The position numbers were made by a program, and so were the translations under genes. A DNA stretch of 64,000 bases. It comes from Basidiobolus meristosporus CBS 931.73. Taxonomy: Eukaryota > Fungi > Basidiobolomycota. Below, in pieces: positions 1 to 13,037 of the stretch; positions within the stretch are counted from its first letter, which is position 1, and each line of letters starts with the position of its first letter. Under the pieces are notes generated by a model. It ran no database searches. It was not told the origin of the DNA and saw nothing but the letters and a program-made list of their open reading frames with translations. The DNA is taken from the NCBI GenBank assembly GCA_002104905.1, contig MCFE01000354.1, positions 1-64,000 of the forward strand. Direction: 5' to 3'.

Positions 1-56
1 AGCCAGGGCCGTCCAACCCCCTTATTTGTTCTCTGATTAACCGATATATTCCCTAG

Positions 57-961
57 AAACCGATATGATTGCCTGTCTGCTGGCGTTCCTAGTAACTATA
101 TTCACCAATATTCAAACCGGCATTGAAGTGGCAGTCGGATTTTCCTTATTGATTAGCTTGCACAGAATTGCCAGGCCTCAGTGGCAAGTGCTTGGCGAGG
201 CGGTTGATGAGCCCGGCGTGTTTGTGGACCGATGGTCGAATGATTGGGCCACATATCCCGCACCACCAGGGATTATTATCTTCCGATTCTCTGAATCCAT
301 CACGTTCTTAAATGGTGAACACTTCAAAAACAAAGTGATGAATGCTGCATACATTGCTACCGACCCAGGCGAGAAGTCCCCAGAGTCATGGGGCGAACGA
401 GTCTGGTCGGATGACAGAGATTCCCGGATCAAGCGTATTCGAAATACTTTTCTCCGACGCCTACCTTCAAACGCTCTTTCTCGGCCAAGGCCACCAGCGA
501 TGCACAGCCCATCCAGCCCCAGCGCCATCGATAGCGGAATTCATGACCCAAGTAATCACCTGCACCACCGAGGCGAGATCCCGATTCCGATTGACGATAA
601 AGAGGAGGTAATCCCTACCCTGCGGGCGACAATCTTGGATTTCAGTGGAGTGAACCATGTTGATTATGCCGGACTGCAGTGCCTGCTAGATTTGAAATCC
701 CAACTCACTGACTACTCCGGAAACCATGGGTTTGAGCTCCATTTTGTTGGATTGAAGTCCAATGTCCTAAGACGCATAGAGCCCTCTGGGATTACCAAGC
801 ACCCGGATGACGGTCCAGATGATGATCATCGATACCTGCATATCAGTGTCAATGATGCATTGAAGTGTATCATGGAGGATTGGCATCATCAAGACTTGAT
901 ACCCGCCCCTGACATGGCTGAGAAGCCTGAAGAGGTGATGATCCATCTTCACCAGTCCTAG
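57..961 (+). CDS. SulP/SLC26 anion (sulfate) transporter, 3' part (last TM segment + STAS domain); 5' end lies outside the window
   Basis: ORF 65..961: hydrophobic CLLAFLVTIFTNIQTGIEVAVGFSLLISLHRIARP, then IIIFRFSESITFLN and ATILDFSGVNHVDYAGLQCL (STAS motifs). Acceptor ccctag ends at 56. Clearly paralogous to the SulP at 39277..41499. Confidence 0.88.
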
Positions 962-2972
962 TTTACCTATCCTATATTCACTTAATACGATTCTCTGAAT
1001 TAAATATACTATAGAACTTCTAATAATACCAACTAAGATGCAACTATGCAATTCCAGATACCCCTCCCCCATTACACAATAGTTCAAACTCATGAATTCT
1101 CAACTTTGCAATAAATATGTAGTAATAAAAAATGAGGTAAACTCAGACTATGAGATGTACTGCATACAGTTCAACACACAAAATTCCAACGAAGAGGCTT
1201 GATACACTGAAACAGCAGGAGAGCGGATAGCAAGTACAAGGAAAACCTTCTAATGATGGCCTGCATGATGCTACCATCATTCTTGAGATCGCTCAATCCC
1301 AAGCTATTCCAGTATTCATGGCCTTTCCCCATTAAGATATTTGCTAAACTTGCTAACGAGAGATAGTTTTTCCAGTTTGGACAGTGACCTCAGATCTCTT
1401 TTGGCGAGTTTAAAGTGAACAAAAGAGACCATAAAATTCCACTGGGAAAGGGGGAGCTGGGTTAGCAGCCACCCGTCTTCACCACAATTACCCCCCAAAA
1501 TACTCTCAATTAACCAGCAGGATTCTCAGTGCTCCCAGCTTGCAGCTCCCAAGAACACTCGCAAATCTCACCAGGCTCTCAACCAAGGCCCAGCTTCCCG
1601 GTGAAGCGGACAGGAGCAGAAGTGAAACGACAATAAGTGACCTCGAAAACCGAAAACCAGAAATACCAAGGGATCCTTCCGGCTCACCAAAAATACTTCA
1701 AGAAAGAGTTACCAACTCCAAGTAAGAGCAGTTCGACACACACTTAGGGTTAAGTTTCAGATGCGACGCCAATGGGATTCAAGAATATACTTGTGGTCAC
1801 CACTGTTTTGTGCGAAGAATCCTCCACTTAAAAATGATCAGACCGTCTGCATCCTGAGAAACGGTCGAGCCGAAGACCGCGAAAAACTACTCCCTCGTTG
1901 GCTTGTTTTGTTGATTAAGGTATACAGCATATCTTAGCTCCACAGCTCAGTCGTGAGAATACCTGCATTCAAAGGACCGCACCCGCCGCGCGTTACGAGT
2001 TAAAGCAGCCAAAGCTCTACATCAGATTGGCCCAATTATTTATACTCAGAGTAGTTGTTTTGATGCATATGTAGTGACGAATGACCATTGTTTTGACCAA
2101 CAAGAAAAAAATTAAAGCTGTTGCTTTCTCGAGTTGAAGATAAAAACATCCAATGAAATTCCAGCAATTGCTCTTGAATACCGAGGTTCACCAATGAATA
2201 TCATTGGTACAATAAAGTGGATGGCCTTGTGCTGATGTAATTCTCCATGAGCATAAGATCTCTATAACCAGGGAAATATAAGCAAAAAGCAGGCATACAT
2301 TGTAAAACAGTCTTTTTATTATCACATATATTGTAGGTTTTAGATAAATACCTGTGAGCTTCAATTACTCATCTCGGTTTCTAAATTGACCTAGTATATC
2401 TTGCAATGCTCGGGGAATCTTGACACACAAGTGCCGCAACATTATTTCAGGCCTCTCAAAAAACTTGCTCGCTTCTAATATTTGCTCTGGAAAATAGCCA
2501 AAGAGTTACTGGTGCGAAACAAAGATCGCAGCCTTGTGTAAATGGAATTTATTCCTTCCAGGAACTGGTGAATGTGAAGATCAGTTGATAACTCAGAACA
2601 AAAGGAGGGATGAGGTAATGTTGGATCACTTTATGTGAGTGGAACAACCTAATGGAGGGGGGAGGTTGAGGTTTGAGGTACGCATTAATATACATTCACG
2701 ACAAAACCAAATTCTTGGGAGAATAACGTGAGGGAGGGAGCAATAAATTAGTCGCGACTTTTTTTCTAATTATTATGGCTATTAGAAGTTGGGGAACGTA
2801 TCTACATGGTTTAACGAGTGATGGATGATGAGCTGTAAGTAAGCAGTCCAACTCGATCAATTTTGTTTTGCTCGCATGGTGTGGTATTATGGATTGCGGT
2901 GATATTGGAGGGCTCGATCTTGGTTCTGTGACGGATCAAGATATCCCCGTGGCTGGTCAACTCTGCGATCTG

Positions 2973-5713
2973 TTAACGGCCTCTTCCAAAGTCATGAGAA
3001 AATCGGCATTTGTCTCCAAATCGACAGCTTCCCTCAGCAAAGAATTTGCAAGGAGCTGTCCCCACTCTAGGGTTAGGAGCTGGTCCATCTCTACCAGGGC
3101 CCCAGCGATTGCCATTGCGATTTGGCCCCCCTCTTCCGCGTGCTCCCCGTCCTCTACCTCTACCAAACTGGTTTCTTCCAGCCCCAAATCGCCAAGGGCG
3201 ATCTCCCTCCTCATATCCACCGTTATAGTCCCACGCTTCCCCGTTATCGAATTCATTATATCCATCATAATCATTGCCATATGATTGATAGGAGGGGTCG
3301 TACTCCTCTCGAGAATCCTAAATGCGCTAGTTTAGTGATGTTCTTTCTGGCAATAGAACTCTTATGGGTCATACCTGAGGATACTCCTGGTAAGGATCAT
3401 ATCCTTGCTCATCGTCATGGTACGCTGGCTTCGAAGGGTCGTTGCTGCTCAATAGCTAATTAGTAGGGAATCAACCATTGAATAGATGATCACGCCATAC
3501 CTAGGATAATTGGAGGCTTGGCCTGATCCAGGACTATCAGGATTGTATTGAGCATCCTGTCTATCCCAATGGTCCCGGTCAGGCTGAGCGGGCCAGTGCG
3601 GGGACTGTGTGGATTCCTTTTGCCAAGAATAGTTGCCTGTTTCTGGTTCATGATCCCACGATGAAGTAGGTGGGGCATGAGAGTCTGGATTTATGGCAGT
3701 GGTTGTAGGAAGCGGAGCCAAAATAGGAGCTGTGGCTTGCACCTGAGATAGCAGTTGCGACAGTTGAAAGGTTTCACTTCCAACGTCGTACAGTGGAATC
3801 ACTTTGACTTGGTATGTTGGGTCCTCACGAACATCATCGGTGGGTTCGTTCGGTGTATCAGGTATTTGGCTTTCACTGAAGTAAAGTGCAGATAAGACTC
3901 CAGCTTCACGTGCCTGTTGGACACCTATTTCTTTACTATCAGCCCCTCTTTGAGGCACATCAAATTCAAAGAGAATGGGTTTTGGAGTTTCCCAATCTTT
4001 GGTTACTGACATACTTGGCTCCTCCTAGAATATGAGCAGTTAGTTCCTGCAAGTCAAAACTAATGGCAGCATTACGCTCGACAGACTACTTACCACTTCA
4101 GTTTTGAATTCACGAATTTGAACCAAAGCATGATCAGGGGCGAATGAAACTCTCTTCTTCTTTGTTCCGGGTTTTAGCACGCTCTCTGTATCTGGCCTAG
4201 TAGACGGGTGTATATCGGTCATAATAGATTCTACCCCAGTACGGGATGCCTTGCTCTTCCGCTCGCCGTCTCGAGATTCCGAATTGCCCCGCTTAAGACT
4301 AATGAAAAGCAAGAGGCGGTTATAAATAGGAGCGATCTCTGTGCAATCTTGGCAAACCACTTACTTGTTCCCATCTTTGGACATAATTTTTGGTAAAAGC
4401 GCATCCAATGGCGAAAATGAGGTGTTTTTTGGCTTTGAGGATTGAACGCCAAGCTTAGAGGTGGTGCTGGGCCGGACTTTGCTTATCTTTGGTAAAGCAG
4501 AGGCGGAGAGCTCATTAAAGAAATCAACATTTGCAACTGCCATGGCATTCGAGGCAGTACTTTTCTCTTGTCGAGCTGGCCCTGAAGTTTTTGATGCCCC
4601 TAATTGCTTAGCCTTGTTTCCTGCCCCAATAGCAGTAGGCTTTGAGCTCGAGGTCTAGGAAGTAGAAACAATGGAGTTAGTTAAACTCAGGTATGAAAGA
4701 GCAAACGACAATAACGGTATACCACATCAGGGTTGGTTGGTTTCTCAGGTCTGGCTTTCTTGCGAGTATCTTCCTTCGCCAGATCAGTATCACTCTTGGA
4801 TGCATCGTTCTCGGCTTTTTCACTGCTCTCCCTGAGATTAGCCTAACTACATTTCCCAAACAAATCACAAGAGAGTGGAATCACTAACCTAGGCCGTTTT
4901 TTCGGTGCCGGAGCGGATGCTACATTCGAATGAAAGGCGGTGTTAAGTTTTTACAATATTTCTGTACGTTGTCTATCGGGAATACCTTCTTGTTGGATGA
5001 GCTTGGTCCAGCGATCCATAAGCTCAGTAGCCAATTTCTTGACATCTACACATCGAAAATCAATGAACTGTACAATGAGTGTCATCAATAGACTCTATTA
5101 CCTTCAAGCTCAGAGTTCTTCAGCGTTTTGATCACTCTACCAAGGAGCGTTTCTTTGAGTGTATCTATGTCCATCGGCACCTTTTTCAACACCTATTAAA
5201 TAGCAGGAAAATAAGTAATCCACAGCTCACTAGATCCCAACTAATGCTGAACAAACCTCCAGTAATTTGGTCAGCAATGGATTGTTTTCTTTCTGTGCCT
5301 GCACAATCCACATTCGTAGTATCGTCGGACCTTTTGAGTTGGCAAACCTAAATAGACAGGATATCATTAACAAAACCATCTTCCGGTGGCAACGAACAGA
5401 TTAGATAAACTCACGATTTCAGAATACTACGGTCTGTGGTATTCACCAATACCGTTAAGAGTAGCGAGCGGTGCGTCGATTGCTCTTCGCTTCGCATAAA
5501 CTTGACAAACTTGGGAATATGGTCAACATGTCCCAGTCCCCAATCTTTGTTAACAAGGGGCGTTAGCAAATGCATCAGCTCATCCATGGTTTCCTATTAT
5601 CAATGAGTTAATATCAAATAGTATACTTTCCGTATGAATTGATAGACTCACTTCTTTGGACTCAGCCCCCTCCTCGCTTTCCTTCGCCGGATCATTGTCT
5701 ATAGGGAGGTCAC
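2973..5713 (-). CDS. PNUTS/PPP1R10-like PP1 regulatory subunit region: TFIIS N-terminal domain, RVxF motif, RGG tract, C-terminal CCCH zinc finger (multi-exon)
   Basis: Spliced translation gives LLEVLKKVPMDIDTLKETLLGRVIKTLKNSELEDVKKLATELMDRWTKLI (TFIIS-N), KKKRVSFAPDHALVQIREF (RVxF), WETPKP...SKEIGVQQAREAGVLSALY...IPDTPNEP (PNUTS-like block), GRGRGRGARGRGG, and CKFFAEGSCRFGDKCRFSH, with stop at 2973-2975. Confidence 0.88.
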
Positions 5714-8700
5714 CTAATGTGAAATGTCAATATGATGGGGAATATTTAATTGATGTCAGATGAGGTGTACTAACTTCGAGGAGGTGGGACAACAACTTCA
5801 ACAACACATTTAGGCCGTACAGTATTATCTCCTAAGGTATATATTGGTTAGCTCTCACAAGAAACTTGAATACCCGTAATCAAAATACGAACCTGTTTGG
5901 GTGACAGCACCGAGATTTTGCTGTGAGAGTAAGGCTACAAAACATCGTTAGTTATCTTGGAAGAGAACTGAGAGGAAAAGTAAGCGCATACTCCTCGCGA
6001 GATGTTGATAGCTCGGGAATGAGTCATTCATTCGATTGTTAAGCAGATTCAGGTTGGCCCAATTTGCCGGAAAGTTGATGGGGACGTTGGGTGAAATATT
6101 GGTAAGCTTCTCAATATCGATGGAAGGAACTGGGTGGAGTTGTTGGGAAGTAAAAGGAGAGAAGGCTACATTGTTCCCGGATGGATCTGCGTGAATATTT
6201 CACGGTAAGTCTCGAGTTTGGTCCAAGAAAAACAATGGATGTGCAACTTACTTGAGGCAATTGTTTTAGCACCAATGCCATTAGGAGATGGAACTGTTAT
6301 CGATGCTAAAATAGACCAAGATTAACGGTTTGCGGTGGGTAAAATAGAGCAACATTTCTTACCGGGATTGCTTGCGGGTTTAAACTCGGATAAGCCCAAG
6401 AAAGGATCGCTGTCTAGATCACCACCCACATCTATATCGTCTATGTAAAGCAAGGTATTTAGCATCTCCGCAATCCTGCGAGGAATACAGAATGGCAAAG
6501 CATTACCATCTTTCATATCCAGCTCTGTTATCATCGGACTCTCTACAACCTTGACTTTTGCCTCGCTCGGCATCACACTGGCATCAGATTTTGAAGACTC
6601 GCTATCTCCATTGATTCTTGAATTAGATAAACCATTCTCCGGTTGAACTACAAAGGTTTGGGTAAGATATCAGCATGAAGCATAGGGTATGATGGCTCTG
6701 TTCAACGCTTACAGGTGATTTCAAAGCCTTCAGGGTCAGAGAAAATGGTGACTAGGTACCGGAATGCAACAAAGTTAGCTGAAACCATGAGCTATTCGAG
6801 ACTAAGGAAATAATCATTTACCAGGATCAGGAATATTGTGGATGTCCGAAGCAGGAACTATAGAGGTCCAGTCTGAAATTTCCCTTGTAAGCCTACAGCA
6901 TCAAAAAACAACTGGGGCTATTCGAATAATAATGTACCTTGCATCATATTAGACGCATGTGAATCTCCTATGAGAAAGTAGATGGTTAGTATCATTGGCA
7001 TACCAAGGAGGGCATTCAACAAGCCGTAGTATGGACTCTTATTTACCAGGTGGTAGAGTAATATCGTACGAAGCTGAACATAAGTAACGATTTAGCATTG
7101 TTTGGCAAAGTTGTACGATAAGTGCTTGACATTTGTTGGTATACCGTTGGCTATTCCCTGAAACGCTGAATTGAACGCTGATAAACACGTTGTTAATTCG
7201 TGGAGTCTTGGATGATGGAACACTCAGAATATCCTTACCATTCACTCCATGAGAATGACGTTGAGCTATTCCAAAACAAATTCCAATTGAGATATACACT
7301 CGACGATAAGAAATGGCTCAACCACCAACCTTCCACTACAAATAGAATAATTCGGACAGTCAGAACACGGCTGTTAAAACCCCCCGCAACTATCAGTAGA
7401 CTTAGACATGTGTACTTACAAGTTTCAATCCCAGTTAGAAAATCATTTAAATCTGGTACGTCCTTGGCTAAATGTGTGGGATAATCCAGTTCAAAGTCAT
7501 CCGGGAAATTCATATCTGAAGCTAGCATAATGGTTTAGTCTGCTGATATGAAAAGTGTGAGTGCGTCAAGTGCAGCTCCCCTTACATTCAATTACTGGCA
7601 AACCCTCAGCTTTCGCTGGAGCAACATCTATTATTGATGACCAATCTGAGATTTCGCCAAAGAATCGAAGCAACAGTTCAACATCTGTGGGAAACATACA
7701 GAATCTGTATATATATGAGCCCCTTACCACTGTTTGGCTGAGATTCATTGAGCGGTGGAGTACGTTGATTAATAGAGTCATTAGACGGTATTGCTCCCAA
7801 TGTTGGATCAGCAACTACACCAACGACTGTAAGCACATTTGTCTGGACACTCGGAGGTGAAGCCAAGCTGCTATGAAACTTACTATTCATGGTACTCTCA
7901 AAAGACTTCCCATCAATGGATGGGCTGAACGGAGGCCATTCTATACGATGAAAAATCAGTTAATACGTATTCCATTAAGCTACATTGGAAGTTGGCCCAC
8001 TGACTCATTCCACCAGCAAAAAGTGACTGAGAAATAGGTAATGCTGATGCCTCTGTAGAGGAAGGCGCCAGTTAGCAAACCCCATATCTTTACCAGCCGA
8101 TCAAAGCTGGAAGTCCAAGAAAGTCGATAAGACAAACCTTGATTTTCAATGGATTGTGCGGCATTTAGATTCCCTCCGCCTATGGTAAGGTTAAGAGGCA
8201 CTGGCTCTAAATCCGTACAAACGCTTTAGCTACAAGACGATATAGAGAATTGACAACGATAGTCTTTACCGGGCGTGTTTGTTCCACTGTGCGGCTCTGA
8301 GTCCCCAAACACTGAAACATTCTCTGTTAGTCGAAATGTCTGCGCAATTGCCAACTCGAGTGTACCAGCTTACCCCCAACAAACTCCGGCTTTCCTTTGA
8401 CCTGAGTGTCCTTCCCTCGACGTCTTGAAAACCACGTGTTGATCTTGCAAAGAAAAATTAAGGATTACTATCGCTCCGGGCAATTGAAAGCGACGAGGGC
8501 GCGATGGGATGGACATCCAGACGGTCGCCCTATCGGAATGAAGAGTAGAGACAATCCTTACTTGAGCCTCAGTACAACCAAACGACTTGGCCAAATCAGT
8601 TTTGATCTGCTTCGAGGGATATCCGTATTTCTCGGAAGTGCGGTAGGCAGTTTCCAGCTTCTCTATTTGCGATTGTGTGTAGATCATTCGACCGCGAGCT

Positions 8701-8981
8701 CGAGGAGCGTCTGATTTGAGTTTGTGTACACCGAGAGATGCCATCATTACATTGTATGTGTTGGTTTTGATTGATTCATGGTGGTTTGTTTGATATTTTA
8801 TGTGAAGATAAACCATGGTCAGTATACGTTCCGATGTAGGAAAGGTTAAGGAGTGAGGCAAAGAAGTCTTCGCAAGACTCTTTAGCTCGTTAACTAAATT
8901 CCTGCGCAACAACCTGCTTTACTATTCCCACATAGCTACCTCTCCTCTTTATATGTTTGTCAGAGAATAACGTACTAGTAC

Positions 8982-9031
<50 letters not shown>

Positions 9032-9721
9032 TAAATGCTTGCTTGAAGAATGCTTCGAAAGCGGCACCAGCCTTCAACAGAACATAGCATTTCGCCTCCC
9101 CAACGAAATATCAATAATTGTTTGTGTTTTGTTTTTGGGAAAATCACTTTTGAGTTTGAGGTGGCATACTTAGTGAGGGAAAACGAAGGATATAACCATG
9201 TGGCCAAGGAAACTCATAAGAATGTTCAAAATCTCTTTTGTCTTACTACTACAAAGCGACTAGCCTTATCCGAATTAAATGTTCTCAAAAATAGACTGTG
9301 CTTTTCTAGTTTACGTGTAACTTGACCAAACATATTGACCGTATGTACGGTTGGAGAGGCAGCTATATCCTTGAGAGCAAAATGTGTATGCGCAGAACGA
9401 TACGTAGAAAGGGAAAAAATGAATGGATTTTCATCCCAGTGACTTACCATGCTGTTGGAATGCGGAAAGACCACCAGGGTCGAGCGAAGGTGTCGTGATA
9501 TCCGTCAGAGAGGCAGCTATATTGTTTGGAGAATATGCTATAGCTTGAGAGTTTCCTCCGTTTTCGGGTAGCAGGGACGTTTGCATTGTTAAAGGCATAG
9601 AAATGGGATGAAAAGATGGTATGTAATTTTCAAAACCAGCCCCTGATGTAGGAAAGATGGAGTCCAGTTCAGGCTGCTGATATACATGACCGTCATTTAG
9701 CTGATTATTCCAATTGTTCAT
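2973..9721 (-). CDS. Proposed single gene model of about 20 exons: N-terminal exons - homeodomain - linker - TFIIS-N - RVxF - RGG - CCCH
   Basis: ATG at 9721 (MNNWNNQL...), strong donor CATG/gtaagt near 9450. A phase-compatible GT-AG exon chain without in-frame stops can be traced by eye from the homeodomain through 8300-5700 into the TFIIS-N exons. I saw no separate stop/start between the two parts. Confidence 0.6.
8412..8705 (-). CDS. Homeodomain split by one intron; probably the N-terminal part of the PNUTS-like gene
   Basis: RARGRMIYTQSQIEKLETAYRTSEKYGYPSKQIKTDLAKSFGCTEAQ / intron gtaagg...tttgcaag / INTWFSRRR; helix-3 WF is present. Confidence 0.8.
8984..9029. repeat. (AG)23 microsatellite
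   Basis: Perfect agagag... run; lies in the predicted long intron upstream of the homeodomain exon. Confidence 0.98.
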
Positions 9722-10871
9722 TGAAATGGAACTGATCAACCAAGTAAATTAAGAAGGAAAACTTTCAGCAAGCTGATAAGGACGAGGAAAGAAACCAAGT
9801 TAAAACTGGAATAAATCTCTAGATTCAAGGTTGTCGATCAAGAAATCTCGGTCAACAAGCTTTGTTCCCAATAGATTGAGTTAACAAAGAGTAGATATAG
9901 ACCACGAGCTTGTGAAGTAAAGGATAACGTGAGGATAGCGGTGTTGAAAGCCTAGCTAATCTATATGTAACTGACAAAGAAGACAAGGCAAGTGCAAGTG
10001 CAAGTGGGAAACTTCAAGAGTATCAACCAAATACTTCTATACGCAGTATATTCAATCATCACCCACAGCAAATATTGATTCAGGTATTTTTCAAATTTAT
10101 TTTTATTAAAACACAAAGTTTTCGTACGTTTGATTCATCATCATTGACTTAATAATATCAGCAACAAGAAAAAAGCATAATTTGGGCGGGAAAATGGCCG
10201 AATGATATGGTGGGAAATTTTACAGTGGACTATATCGATCTGATTGGACTGGAAGGAGGGAATTAGACATCTCTACAATATTGTCTGATCATCATCATTA
10301 GCACCTGATTGAAGTTAATCTGAACTGCGATAAACGTCCATTTCAGGTTTTGGGGAGTGATTCACCTATAGGAGCTTGATTTATTGGCATAGGCTGCAGC
10401 TTGGGTACTACTGATAGGCCGTGCTTTGGGATAGCTGAGTTATGCATGTAAATAAACATTTGCTCATACTTAAGCCGTAAACCATCGTTTTTTGTGCCGA
10501 TTTAAGCCAGTACGCCATTCCCCTATAGTTCATTGCTCCACAGTGAAATTTGCTCTAAGCGAATCAAATCCCGTATTTTCCGCAGCATATTCTCCTCAAC
10601 ATGTCGATTTTATCCTTGGTAACTGTTCGACCAGTTCTCGTGTCGAGGGTTGCTGATTGTTAGTCACTTGCCTGGATATTTGATCCAAACTAAATTTCAA
10701 TACCATCCAGCCACTCGTTTCAGAGAGCGGTTTTTACGAGCATGGACGAGATTTTTCTGCCCATTTTTTCCAACCCGGGTATTTGGATTGTTCGAATAGT
10801 CACAGTGTTACTTTCTCCCCTTCCAACCATTCACCAAACCTCCCCTTGAACTTCAGGATCCTAAAGTAATC

Positions 10872-13037
10872 ATGTCGTCGTTAGAGGGGATACCTATGTT
10901 TTGTCTTACCGACTCCTACAAGATTACCCACCCTTTTGTGTACCCTGAAGCCAAGAAAGTAAGCTTTCATTCAGGTCTGCAACGTTGTTATGCTTTTCGT
11001 AAATGTGATTTTATCGTTTCAGATGGTGGCCTATGGTGAATTCAGAGCTGGTTTCGAAGACGATACTGAGGATACACGTATGATTTTATTTGGGCTACGT
11101 TATATCATAGAAACGTACGTTTCCAAGAAGTGGACCCTTGAGGAGCTGGAAAAGGCAGATAAATTCTTCAGTACCCACAATGCCGGTTTCACCCCGTTCC
11201 CTTTTCCAAAAGATCTCTTCCAAAAAGTAGTGTATTCAGTTTTCAACGCGGTGTCATGTTCGGTCAAATTTACATTGAGCCTTGATTTAGTTTATTCAAG
11301 AAAACAACGGACATTTCCCTGTGAAGATAGAGGCCCTACCTGAGGGCTCTGTATGCTATAAGCGCACACCAGTATACCAGATCACCGCAGTGGAGGAGTA
11401 CTCTAGACTTGTCACCTTTCTGGAGACAATTTTGACTATGGTTTGGGTAAGCGCGCGTAAATACCAATTCTGGCTGGCTATATCAAACAGTTAAGCGCTC
11501 CTTGAAGTATCCTTCTACAGTAGCTACATTATCAAGACGTGTTAAAGATCTGATTGAGAAAGCATATGAAAAAACGGTTGACGAAGACTCGTATTGGACC
11601 CTGAATAGGTAACTAGCCCTTCATACGTGGATATTCTAGAAATTAACCCACACCAACCAGCCGGTTGCACGATTTCGGTTTCCGCGCTTGCACCTCAATC
11701 GAACAATCCGTTTTAGGTGGAACGGCGCATTTAGTAAGTGCTTGTTCTTGATCTCAGTTTAATTCTTGCCGCTAACTCATTCCGGGTAGCTTAATTTTGA
11801 AGGGACGGATACCCTCAGCGCGGCGTACTACGCTCAGTTCATGTTGAATGGTGGAAACCCCGTTGGCTCCTCTATTCCCGCGACAGAGCATTCGGTCATG
11901 ACCTCCTTCAAGACTGAACAGGTATGCAAATACATGGTCAATGTTTTAGAACTATGGTTAACCTGGGTTTACATGTTCACTAGGAAGCAATGAAGCACAT
12001 GATCAATACATTTGGCACTGGCGTGTACGCATGTGTCATGGATTCTTACGACTACGCATATGCTTTGAACGAGGTTTTACCCTCTGTTGCTCAGGCAAAG
12101 CTTGAAAAGGGCGGGTTTCTTGTAATCCGTCCTGACAGCGGCGACCAAATCGAAGCAGTGATGATGGGGTTGAGGTAAGTTGACGACACAGTATCGCTCT
12201 GGTTCTTCTCAAATACCGATTGGACTGCTTCAGGGCTGCCGACAAAGTGTTTGGAAGTACGGTCAACAAGAAGGGATACAAGGTAATATAGTAACGGGGT
12301 AGATATGTATGACAGCTGTTTAATTCGACATGACCTTCATTCAGGTGTTGAACAATTGTGGAGTCATACAAGGCGATGGTCTGAGTTACGAACTGATCAA
12401 GAAAATACTTGTTGAAGTCGAGAAAAGTGGATTTTCGGCGCAATCTGTTGCATTTGGAATGGGTGGCGGTTTGCTCCAAGTAAAGTGTCACATTCCCAAC
12501 CGAGCGCACATGAGATCATTTCTAAATGCATATTTACTCTTTAGAAAGTGAATCGAGATACCATGAGCTTCGCCACTAAATTGTGTCACATTGTCTACGC
12601 CGATGGCACTGAAAGGTAAATTACAAAGCTGCAGAAATCCATGCACGTTGATCGTAATGCAATTCCCTAGAGATGTCATGAAAGTCCCAAAAACCGATGG
12701 GTCGAAGACAAGCCTTCCTGGCGAACTTGAAGTCCGGTTGAATGATGAGAAGGTGAGAGCAGTGGTTTGTTTCTTCGACCCAGCAGCTAACAATTGCTAG
12801 ATTCCCATGGTCTACCCTATCAACGAGGGACCCAAAGCCCACCCAAACGCCCTCCAGGTTGTATATGACAATGGCCCCATTCATCCGTCACCGTACACTG
12901 AATGTTTCACGAGCATGCGCCAAAGAGTCGCTCAAGAGTGGCGCTCGCTTCCTCCGAATTTCGACGTTATCAGCGATGAGCTGAAAGAACGCATCGATCA
13001 ATTCCTACAAAATCACAACGAAACTGCGCGCCAATAG
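10872..13037 (+). CDS. NAMPT: Nicotinamide phosphoribosyltransferase (12 exons)
   Basis: Spliced motifs LTDSYK, RLHDFGFR, FEGTDT, PATEHS, VIRPDSGD, IQGDG, FGMGGGLLQKVNRD match NAMPT rather than Npt1-type NAPRT (TDLYK/EFGTRR). Eleven canonical introns keep the frame. Confidence 0.92.

Noticed and set aside
1180-2700. Short protein-like frames between SulP and the PNUTS-like gene (e.g. PEQILEASKFFERPEIMLRHLCVKIP on the minus strand near 2400-2490)
   Set aside because: No recognisable motif, many stops and no consistent splice chain; cannot call a gene or pseudogene.
5540-7100. Apparent frame conflicts inside the homeodomain-PNUTS model
   Set aside because: Resolved by rereading the sequence and by alternative canonical acceptors; not counted as frameshifts.
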